Shown one piece after another: positions 11,313 to 22,074 of a DNA stretch of 32,000 bases. Position 1 is the stretch's first letter. Each line of letters starts with the position of its first letter. Both the position numbers and the translations under genes were made by a program. The notes under the pieces were generated by a model, which was not told the DNA's origin, did no database searches, and saw nothing but the letters and a program-made list of their open reading frames with translations. Source of the DNA: Wallemia ichthyophaga EXF-994 (Eukaryota; Fungi; Basidiomycota); NCBI RefSeq assembly GCF_000400465.1, contig NW_008806287.1, positions 60,001-92,000 of the forward strand, written 5' to 3'.

Positions 11313-12480
11313 TCATAGTGGCAACAAAGGGAATGATTGAGTCGATGCAGATTTTGAAGTTGCGTATGAGTTTGTGATGGATTCAGATTGTCGGGTGTTT
11401 TTGTCATTGCTCTTGAGTCTCGCTTTCGGGGGAAGAAAAACGGTAAGCGACAACCTGCGCTCTTTTTGCGATAGCTGTGACTGTGTAGGTGGTATGAGCG
11501 GATCAGATGATGGTGTTTGGTTGGTGGTGATTTGCGTGTTGTGTGAATATGACTGTGAATTTGAATTTGACTGTATTTGTGACTGCGTCATACTCACGCA
11601 CCCACTAAACACCCTCAACACATCAGCTTGTATTAGAAAGGTTAAAAAAGCAACTAAACCAGTCGCAGCAAATGCTAACGTGGAACCATTCTCGAATCCT
11701 CGAAATTTTATAGTCGACTTGAGTAGAATCACAAGCGAGGTTACGCTGTAGTATAAAAATAGAAATATTCTACTTATCAGCTGGATGTCAATGGATAATC
11801 TAAACTTCAATAAACCTATTTGAGATAAACGTAACTTGAATAGTAAGACACCTGTCCATAAAGCCATGATCATTAGGAAAAACATAATGAGAGTAGCAGT
11901 TAAAACGGTTGCCAAGTTGAGCTGCGCGTTTAACACCACACAAAAGTAAGGTGTGCGTACAACAAGATCAGTATTTTTGAGTGAAGTGATTAAATGTGCA
12001 ATAAAGAAGGGTATACCAAATAGCCAAGGGACGAGTATGAGGATGGGACTGTCAATGTACTCCTTTAAATAGAAAGTTGAAGTTGCTTTTGCTGTGTTCA
12101 CAGTTGACCAGATACGTATGGTTACGATCAACGAAGAAGAGCTATTCATAATCATACCAACACCTCTGACTGTTGCGTTGATAACCCTTATCGATGTCGG
12201 TATATCTTCAGTGTGACTTGACTTATGTCCTGTCCAGAATAAAATAGCATCAAACCATAGAATTATTGAAAATAGCGCGTAAAATTGTAATAATAGTAGA
12301 TTTCGTTTGATTCTTTTTGAGTAGATTGTTGCAATGAACAAGAACAGATGACCTATGCTACCTTTATCATGTTAGCGGGATTAATACCAACCAGAAATTA
12401 CACAAACCTGCTACAAGAATACCGTAATAAGCATTGAGATAACGTTCATGTGCAATATCAAATACACCGTGATTGCTCAT
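11313..12480 (-). CDS. Orphan seven-transmembrane GPCR-like membrane protein, 373 aa
   Basis: complement(join(11313..12361,12408..12480)). Seven hydrophobic segments counted by eye, a Cys in the loop after helix 4 (PYFCVV) and a Ser/Thr/Gln-rich C-tail. Confidence 0.7.
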
Positions 12481-12809
12481 ATATCGTTTAACATTTGTTT
12501 GAATGATTATGTTTACACTAAGCCAAGTTGCTCCGACCAACTAATTAGTTATAATTAAAAATGATTATCTCTGGTATGAATATGGCGTGGTGAAGATGCG
12601 TTAATTAAATTCTTTATCCTTGAGGGGGCGAGGTGGCGAGGCGGTTGATAACGTTAATTCACATTAATCATTTTTCCTTGACAAGTTTAATTGAACAGGC
12701 TGTCAAAGGTTGTAGTTATACTATACCCTGATTACCCCGGAAAATTTTGACGATTGAATCCAATTTAGAAAGACATGTATCAAAAGCTATTTACATTGTG
12801 ATATGGATA

Positions 12810-13833
12810 TTAGGAGTCTCTTGATTTTCTGCGCAAAGTTATTTAGTAAAGATGAGCCAAGTGATAAGGTAATAACCTACTTAAAATCATCCTCTGCAGA
12901 TCTCTGAATATCCTCAAGATCACCTTGGATAGTATTCAAAGCCTCAACTGAAGCAGAGTGGTATGAGATTTGACTGGAGATGATGAGTTAGTAAAACGAG
13001 GTAGAAAACACTATACGCACGCTTTAACGAGCTTGTTGAGAGAAGTTAAAGGTTCGGGGTTTTCCAAAACATTCTTCATTAAAGAGATGGCAGTTTCAGT
13101 TTGAGTGACGAGTTTATCTTCTGCAGATTCCATTTCTAATCTAGCTTGTTCAACTTTTTGAGGAGAGGCAGTTTTGAGACCTTGTTTACAACTATCCAAC
13201 CATAATCTGGAGTTCCTAACTTGAGATCTAGCATTTTTGGCGAGTTGGATTGAAGTGTTTAGGGTGGTTTGCCAAGGTTGTAAGAAGCCAATAAGAATAT
13301 CGTTATCTTGTACGAGTCTACCGTTGCCAATTTTATCATGAGCGAGTGCAAACTTAGTGAGAGCGTTACCCAAGTGATCAATTTCACCAATTTCCAAAGC
13401 CGAGGTAGCAGCAGCTCTAGAGAGAGCATGTGATAAGGTTTTAGGTTGAGGGACAGGGGCAGTTGGTTGAGGTATGTTAACATTTTTTAAGTTTGAGTTA
13501 GCAAATGAGCTGAACGAGTGCCACAATTGGCCGGATTGTTCAGATATAGAGTTATGGAATTGAACGGGGTAGTCATAGCTTTCATTCTCGTAGACTTTAG
13601 TAACCTTGAGTAGGTGCTTGTGTACGGATTCCAAAGCATCGACTTTGTTCTCTAACTCGATGTAGTCATTTGGGAGTGTTGTTATGTCTGCTTCATCCAC
13701 TGCACCAAATTTCTCCCTATTGGGGGTTAAGGGGTTATCAAACAATCAACAACACAACCGACCTCGCAGCTTGCAATTGATTGAAAATTGACTTGTTTGT
13801 GTTTAAATTTGAGAATAAGTTTAGTTTGTCCAT
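12810..13833 (-). CDS. GVP36: BAR-domain protein, Gvp36-like, 292 aa
   Basis: complement(join(12810..12828,12881..12973,13021..13716,13763..13833)). Motifs REKFG...DITTLPNDYIELENKVDAL, YENESYDYP, PKTLSHALSRAA, AEDKLVTQTETAISLMKNVL. Confidence 0.85.
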
Positions 13834-13857
13834 ATGACAAGAAAGTACAAGAGTAGA

Positions 13858-14407
13858 TCAGTTAATCGGCTTTATCTTAAAGTGGAGAGTGATTAAACTA
13901 AAAATTAAACATTTAAGATCTTGAATGAGGTAGTAGAAAACGCGTAAACCTTCTGGGTCCTCGGAGTCTTGTACTTCAACCAAAGAACCCAGTTTACACG
14001 TTTGAAATGATATGTGATTGTTATCTAGCTTTATTTCTAACTCTTGTGTACCATTAACGTTCTTCTTTGGCCAATTTACGTCATTTTCCCTTAGTATTTC
14101 TGCCTCCTCAACGACCTTCTTCAGTTGATTAGCAAGTAAGCCACCTAGCCACAACTCCTTTCTAATCAAGTCATCATTTCTGTAATTTGAGTTGTTGGCG
14201 TATCTCAGCCTTCCTCTGGTGTATTCAAATTCTAAAAATTCGTGTCCGTATTTTCCACTATGGCCTGAGTAGTAGCGCAGATAGAAAGGGCTATGAACGT
14301 GTGTATTAGAAGTTGAATAACATTGCAACTAACACGCACTCATGTAAAAGCTCTGTAGACCTATAAACCTTATTAGAATATTCTCAATTTCAACGCTAGA
14401 CTAACAT
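13858..14407 (-). CDS. MAGO: Mago nashi, exon junction complex core subunit, 151 aa
   Basis: complement(join(13858..14290,14340..14360,14406..14407)) gives [30 protein letters not shown]...[14 protein letters not shown]...LHFKIKPIN. Identity is certain; the split-ATG 5' model is my reconstruction. Confidence 0.95.
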
Positions 14408-14441
14408 GATTGATTGTGGTTATTACCTATTATCAACAACC

Positions 14442-15129
14442 ATGTTTAGACATATAAATAAAAATATTCATAAATCCACTCCGAATCTTTTAACCCGTGG
14501 AAATGCGTGGGTTTACCTATGTATCCACACACACATACTCACCCACTCCACCCAGCAACTTCCCAAGAATTTTACAACCAATCCAATACGACGACCAGCC
14601 ATCCACTAACAATCTCTACAACGACATTCATAACGCTCCCATTTCCTTCAAATCCCCTGTAAATTTACCAAAGACACACAACATCCCGATCGCTACCCTT
14701 CAACTGAAAGCTCACTCAACAGATAACTTGGATTTCTTCGCTGACTTTGCACAAAGATCTGCTTACCATTTGGGAATCGTTCTCACTGGCCCTGTGCCCC
14801 TTCCAACCACCCACCAACGCTATTCCGTTCTCAAATCCCCTTTCGTACATAAAAAGTCTCAGGAAATTTTTGAAAAACGTACACACGGCAGACTTATTAA
14901 AGTTTGGGATTCTGACGAGCATGTTGTGAAGAGATGGATCGCTTACCTGGATAGTCATTCTATGTCTGGAGTTCGGATGAAATTTGAACTTAATCAATAC
15001 CTGAAATTGAACTTTGGTGATGCTTTACCGTCAATTGCCAATGACTCTCTTAGATCTGATGATATTAAACATTCAGCTCAATCTCTACAGCATTCTATTA
15101 TTGAAAATCTTCACTCTGAGCACAAATAA
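14442..15129 (+). CDS. RSM10: Mitochondrial ribosomal protein uS10m, 212 aa
   Basis: join(14442..14506,14556..15129). Presequence-like start MFRHINKNIHK, then LDFFADFAQRSAYHLGI..TGPVPLPT...VLKSPFVHKKSQEIFEKRTHGRLIKVWD. Confidence 0.93.
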
Positions 15130-15191
15130 TTCAAATACATTTCATTTATTTCATTTCGTTCGTCCTGTTCATCCTTTTTATTACAAAATCA

Positions 15192-18100
15192 TCACTCAAT
15201 CAATGTCTGATCTTTCTTCATATCCTCAGGCAACATCTCAGCCATAGATGGTCTACGCTTCGCCATTGATGCTCCTGTGCCTTTACCACCTTTACCCTCT
15301 CCGTCATACTCATCGTTGGCCGGTCTAGACAGTCTGCGTCTATCCCCATCCGGTACCTTCTCATTAGGGTTCAGTATCGTTCCATCCTGCTTGACTGTAT
15401 CGTTTAGTGACATCTCACTCATAGACGCTCTCTTTATTCCCGTCAGTCCTGTCATTGATGGTCTGCTTTTGCGTCTTGTCATGGAGTTGCTGCGAGATTG
15501 TGGAGGTGATGCTATATTTTCGCGTACTATAACGCAATTAGTTTATTATCCACAACGAATGAAACCACAACTCACAAGTCGCATCTGCTTTAGCTTCGTC
15601 ATTCAGCGCATTCGACATTCTCCTCCCCTTCATCTGTTCATTGGGCAAACCAGCGAAATCGGAAGGCTTCCCATCCTGCATCTTGGCTCTATTTTCTACG
15701 AGGGTGTTATCGACAGTGAGCTCCTTAGGAAGTGATTGCGACATCATCCTCGGTTTCTCCCTATCGGGTAAAACACCATGTTCGATCTCATCCTCATCGT
15801 CAATTGCCGAATCTCCATACTGCATATACTCATATCTGTTAACAGGTTTGAACTTTTCAATAGGGTTCACTTCCTGTCCGGAGAGCGACATAGATCTCTC
15901 TTTCATTGACATAGATTGAGCCGTGGCAAAACCTGTGTCTTCACGCTCAGCGCGTGGCGGTTTAGTGATATTCTCAAGTTTTGTAGCATCCATCGATGCG
16001 CGCTTATTGAGTGACATGGACATAGCTGGGTAATCGTCGTGGTAATGTGGTCTCAAGTCGCTACCCGCAGTGAGAGGGTAGTCTGATAAAGTAGCTGACT
16101 CTCCCACTGCATTGATTGACGCGCGAGATCCTCTTCTCATAGCTGCCTCTCGAGCCATCTCGCCATCAGCTTCTGGCGCGATAACTGGTTCTCTAATAGC
16201 AGAATAGTTGGTCGTGTCTCTTGCTGAAGCGTTAGTCAAAGAGTCCGCCATATCCATTCTATCATATCCTTCAACCTCAGGTCCAAGTAGGCTGGTACGG
16301 TCAACTTGCGGCTTAGTTATGTTCTCGCGCAGTGTAGCATCCACGACTGAAGTCTGCGTAAGTGAGTCCGCCATAGATTTTCTGCGTCCTCCTTTCGCAG
16401 CTGCACTGGCTGGGTCGTCATGAGAGTTTCGACGACTGCCACCCATACTTGATGGACCACTGAATGGGTTTTCGAGCTGCTTAAGTACGTCACCACGCAG
16501 CTCCGGGTGTTGCTCTACTTCAGCCCTAAATGCATCACGTGCTCCGACGGGGTGCTGCACATAAACACCACCACTTGTAGTAGTCACATAGTTGTTCGCT
16601 TGCATTGACTCCTTGCGCTGTCTAGGCGTTTGGAAGAATTGCTGCGCCGCTGCTGAGGGTCCGTCGCTGTGTAATTGATCATTTGCAACTACTGCCTTCA
16701 AGTCAAAGAGCGCCTTGGTTGCTTCTAGCTGCTCATTTATGTACTTGACCATCGCTTCCTTCACCGTGCTAGCCACACGCTCTTGCACATAAGGCCAGAA
16801 TGTCTTATAGATGTTCGCTTTGATTCCTTCCCCTCCATTCACATCGAATTTAATATCATTGATCTTAATATCGAACCCTTCGAAGTTGCCAGTAGCGGTG
16901 AATTTGAGTAGCACATCAGCATCATATTCAAGATCCCCTGTGCCTTCATCGGATACCCCAACAATGCTCTTCTGTGAATACTGGTAGTTGAGTCCCTTAG
17001 CAAAGAACTTCAAGCCACGCATAACCGCGGTGACGTTGGTGGATGGGTTGAATGAATCCCTCTGCAAGAAAGATATATTCGAGTGAGAGTCGAGTGAAAA
17101 GTCCTGAGGAACCATTGTCGATAGAACCAAATTGATGTTAGAGAAAACATACTTAAAGTCATCATCCTCCCCTTCAAACTTGTCGAGCTGTACATTGATA
17201 AAGTCCTTGGTGGCCTGTCTGGCTATTTCAACAAGTGTCTTACCATACGGAGCATACTGTCTCAAACTCGAAATCGCACGCTGGACACGTGCTATTCTTG
17301 AGTTACCCCTAATAGCATCGGAAAGCTTTCCGAACTCATACGCTAACGCGTTAGATGGCAATTTTTCACCCACGACTGGTTTGAAGCGGTTGGCAATTAT
17401 ACCAACTCTCGTTGTACAGTTTGTTGGTATGTAAGAGTAACCAAGTGAATGAGTCTCAACAGCTGGTTCACCACTTAGTTTAGAATCAATTGCAGAGTTG
17501 AGAAGGGCGGCAAAAGAATCTGAGACATCAGCCTTGTTCTGCTCAAGTGGCTCTGCAATCGCTGAACGAATAATAGATGGAGCCTCGGTCAAAACTTGCT
17601 CAAACCCAATGATAAACTCTCCAAGTGAATATATGGCTGGTGCAATTTGCGAACCTGTGAGCATTTGAAGTATGTTTCTAAGCACGAGGAAGGAGGAGCG
17701 CAGTTGAGAGGATTGATTGCCACCTGCAAGAGCATCCAACAGGACAAAGACGAGATTACGACGTAAGTCAGTCGATAAGTCCAATAAAGTGGTCAAAGGC
17801 TCAAGAGCTGAAAGGAACAGAGAGTGGAATTCTTTATCTTGGGCGATTGAGTGGAGTGATTGGTCGAGATTGGAGATATGTGATGAGAGGGGGTACTTTG
17901 AATAGAATAACTGACCAGCATTCTTGAGAAGACCAGTGAAATGATCGAGGGCTACAACAATTTTGGCCTTATCGACGATAGATTTGCGTTCGAATGACGT
18001 CATCAAGATAGCTGTGATGATATTTTAACGGGTTGAATAAAGTTCAATTAAAGAACTCACCTGTAATCTCAGACAAAGCACCTTTGAAACCTTTTAAACA

Positions 18101-18823
18101 ACCAAAGATTTGGTTGATGAGGGTGTTCTCCACTTGTATTGTACCAAAGAGGTCCTCCCAAGCAAGTGAGAATGATTTGATAGCGTCATCGAGGGCATCT
18201 TCTTGTGGCTTCTCATCAACTTCAAGACCTTGAATCGCACCAAAGAAAGATTTGCGTGGTTTGAGTGGATCAAGACCCTGAGCCTGAGCGAGAGAAGGTT
18301 TCCTTTGACTTGTTGAATCGCCAGGGAAAGCGTTTGAGCGGCGTCTAACGCGTTCACCGGCTGGAGTCAATTGACCAATAGAAGTTCTTGGGGAGGCTGG
18401 TTGGATGATACCGTTGCCGTTGACGTAAGGGTTGCTCGTGTAGGACCTTGGGCGTGGGGAAGCAGAAACGGGGTACTCAGAGGCCGAGTAGATTGCAGAA
18501 GGGGTTGTTGCGAATCTCGATGCGCCTGCGGGGTGTTGAGTGGAGTTGACGGAACCTCTGCGAGAAGGAGGAGCGCCAGGAGGAGGGTTGTACACTTGTT
18601 TGCCTTGACCGGAGATCGGGGTTAGCGGTTTTAATAGGCCAGATAAGCGACCACCGGATTGCCTGGTTGGAGGAGGGGCGTTGAGTTGAATTGGAGTAGA
18701 TGGAGTAGCTGGAGTAGCTGCAGTGGATTTTGCAGATGAGTGGCTGCCGAATGAGGACTATTAAATTATAAGCCTGGTACTTTTAAGTTTACTTCAACTT
18801 ACTTGCCGTGAGCGTGGCTGCAT
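15192..18823 (-). CDS. Large HAM1-like (S. pombe C32A11.02c / BPI-like family) protein with low-complexity termini, 1162 aa
   Basis: complement(join(15192..15526,15576..18011,18061..18757,18803..18823)); phases consistent. Core segment YVFSNINLV...DFSLDSHSNISF...KGLNYQYSQKSIVGVSDEGTGDL resembles fungal HAM1-like proteins (recall only). Gene model confidence is high, family call moderate. Confidence 0.6.
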
Positions 18824-19137
18824 TGTGTATAAGATGATGGTTTGGGTTGGAGATGCGATGACGTTGTTGTTGTGGTTAGTTAATTAAATCAAAAATTTAT
18901 GTTTCAATAGATCCTTGTATTTATCTGGGATGCTTGAATATTTCAAGACGGCTCAGTTGCAGGTGGATAAACATGCAGTTTAACTGAGTAATTTCAAGTA
19001 AAGCGTTTAAAGTTGATTGCTATATTTTTTGCATATTTCACATCTCGAATATATCTGTAAAATATAATTTTTTATTCACGTGAAAATGCCTGTTTCTTTC
19101 TTTGTCGGTTCATCACGCACAGCGCACAGGGAGGAGA

Positions 19138-21673
19138 ATGTCTGGCAGAATACAAGGAGTACAAGGAATACACCGATGTCCACGCACTGGATGTAACAAA
19201 ATGTTCAAGTTTATTGATAATTTGGTTTGTTTACTTGGATTTTTATAAAGTAATTCTAATAAACATTCCAGGAGAGACACACAGCACGTAACAAATGTGG
19301 TCAAGAATACAATCCTGGTGAGTTACTATAAAATCTATAGTATCCATCTAATCAACGTTTAGCCTCTGTCGTCGAATCCATTGAATCAATCGTAAGCTCA
19401 TCACAAACACAAAACATAACTAAATCCTCGTAGAATCTAAACATACAAATTGATCCTCCGTTTAACGAATTTAAACCACCTTCCTCACTTGAACCGCGTT
19501 TAAGAAATCAACCTCAAAGATCAACTAGAGTTACAGTGCGTTGTTGATTGGAATTTTGCATTCAAACTCATTTAACAAACCTTTAGCGGGGAAATAACAA
19601 TCACAACACCGTTGAAAAGCAACACGTCATCGATCATGCCCCTTCCTCACGCGATAAAGTATTCCAATGCGATTGTGGTAAACGATATGGCTACAGGGAA
19701 TCCATCTACAATCACAAAAAACATGGTAAATGCCCCGGCAAACCTTGGGGTGACGCTCTCATCGTTTCTATCCCCGCAAATTCATCCAATTTTCATCCAA
19801 ACGATACTCAAAAACGTCGTAAGCTGACAGATCATTCCTCTCAAGATTCTGACTCGAAATACTCTTCTTCTTCACCTGCTCCTGTCATTCAACCAAATAT
19901 ACGTCAACCACTTACCCTTCCTTTAGAACATCCCGAACATCCCGAACATCCAGAACATCCAGAACATCCAGAACATCCAGAACAACATCCAGACCAAGAG
20001 CATACCATCCAACAACCCGCCAACGATTATCTCCCTCTTCAAGATTCCTCTCCCTCTTTCCCCATCTTGCCCCCTTTATCTGCCTTGGAAGAACGTAAAC
20101 CTGATGTCTCATTGCTTGTCCAACAACCTTTAATCGTACATCCTCCTCAAACTACCATTCAATACCCAAATCAGCCTCTTTACAATAACAGCAATATGGC
20201 TCCCCCTTCTGTTCCCCCTCTCGGTTCTTCCCGTTCAACCCCAACTCCCGATTCCCTCACTTCAAAAAGACCAATGACAAGAGTTCGTCAGCCTGAACAT
20301 GAGAAAGCTTTCGCTTGTGATTGTGGTAAACGTTTCGCTTACAAAACCTCTATTTATCATCATAAGAATAGAGGTGGTTGTCCTGGTAGACCTTGGGTTA
20401 CTTCTGAAGGTGGTCATAGAAATAGAGCAAAGACTGGTAAACACCTCTCCATGTCAAGAGCGCACGAGCTTGCTCAAAAAATGGGTGAAATTGGCACTCT
20501 TAATGTCGACTTTGATAACGTTCCTGACCACTTGAAAGCAGAATTTTACAAGAATGAATCTTTTGCCAAATCAAATAGCACAAATAGGAGAAAAAGCTCA
20601 CTTACAAACGCATCAGACTCGAGTCCTAGTGGCGCTCCAAGTACATCTCAAGACGATATAGTCTCTAGGCAGTCTGTTCGACAAAGACCGAATATTGGAT
20701 TGAGAATTAGAGAATGGAAAGAACCTCACCCGCGTCAAATTGGTAGACCTACTTTAGCTAGACAGCAATTCGAACAAGAGTTGCACTCTAACAAGCCTTC
20801 GTTATCAATTCAACACCCACCTGTAGTAACTCCACCAACAAACCAAATTACAAATCCTATGTCTCAATCACCAAGATCTCAAGGTATCCCTCAATCATCT
20901 CTACCTATACATCCGTCTTTACAAGTTGCTCAATCAGCTCCATCGTCTACAGGGAATGTTGATGGGCAGAGCAACGCATTTGCATCACCCCAGCAAGCTC
21001 TTGTTACCGATGTACCGCTAAACAAACAAGAAGATTGGAACGGTATGAACAATATGAACAATATGGACAATATGAACAATATCACCAGACACACCTCAAC
21101 GCCACCTTCGAATAAACCATCGTATCCACCACATTCGTTCAATCGGAACAACTCTCATCTCGCACCCTCTAATAGTCACAGTCGTCCATCTGTAGGCTCA
21201 GCAACATCATCTCACGCCTCAATCGAGCAGGATGACGGTGGTGATAGTGACGCATACGTTCTTGGTGATGTTGATGATGAAGCCTGCGTGTCTAGGACGC
21301 GCTGGGGACCAGCTGGGGTAGAGTTAGCACAAGAATTGGCAAGGCAGCGTTTTAGTTGTGAGTGTGCAATACTAGCATAATCCATCTCACACCTTTCACA
21401 GTACCTAAACCAGCAACTCCAACTCCGCAAAGACCTTACGTTTGCTTAGTGCCGGGTTGTTGCAGATCTTACAAGAACAGCAACGGACTAGCGGCTCATT
21501 TTTCATCTGTAAGAGAGACAGGACATGGCGAACTGGGACGCAAATTGCGTGATGAGGTTAAAGAGAAAGATAGCAATCCAGGCTATGTCGGTATATTTGA
21601 CTCTATTTTGAGAGAGCAAGATACTATCAAAAAGGCTCAACCTGACGATGAAGAAGATGAAGCAAATGATTAG
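19138..21673 (+). CDS. Multi-zinc-finger putative transcription regulator (three C2HC-type fingers plus one Sfp1-like finger), 768 aa
   Basis: join(19138..19224,19272..19317,19363..19391,19434..19535,19587..21357,21402..21673) = 2307 nt. Five GT-AG introns of 42-51 nt, all in phase. Contains a KRRKL NLS-like motif. Confidence 0.8.
19926..19979 (+). repeat. 9-bp coding tandem repeat (GAACATCCM)x6 encoding (EHP)6
   Basis: gaacatccc x2 then gaacatcca x4, in frame with the zinc-finger gene. Confidence 0.95.
21045..21080 (+). repeat. 9-bp coding tandem repeat encoding MNN-MNN-MDN-MNN
   Basis: atgaacaat atgaacaat atggacaat atgaacaat. Confidence 0.9.
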
Positions 21674-22074
21674 ACATAGGTGCTAATATCACAAATACCA
21701 ACACATTATCAATGTCACATTTTCATTAACATCTTGTAAATAAATTCATGTATCCTGTAATTCGACCTACTTATCCGGCTGTGTTGCTAAATGCGGCGAG
21801 GGTATCTTGCTGAATGCGGTTGAAGATGAAATTTGCTAAATTAAATAACTAAATATTAGCTACAATGACATTTTGACTTGATCACAATGTAAATCTTTAT
21901 TAACGTTGATATTATTCGCGCCTGAAAATCTTACCAAATATGAAAATCGCTTGCACACCTTCCCAATACGGTAGTTGATTATATAGAAAACTAAAAACGT
22001 AAAGTTGATAGAGACGCGCTTCGTGTTTTGAGCTTTATCTGGAGACACTTACTTTAAACGATCTACGACGACCA

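Noticed and set aside
19612-19827. 71-aa plus-strand ORF
   Set aside because: Wrong frame; the overlapping frame encodes zinc finger 2 of the spliced gene.
19912-20112. Repeat-containing antisense ORF (VLDVLD...) or CRISPR-like array
   Set aside because: A 9-bp coding tandem repeat without spacers, in a eukaryote.
21690-22070. Possible hidden gene between the two regulators (ORF 21860..22048)
   Set aside because: No recognisable motif or splice-consistent frame; interpreted as a regulatory region.
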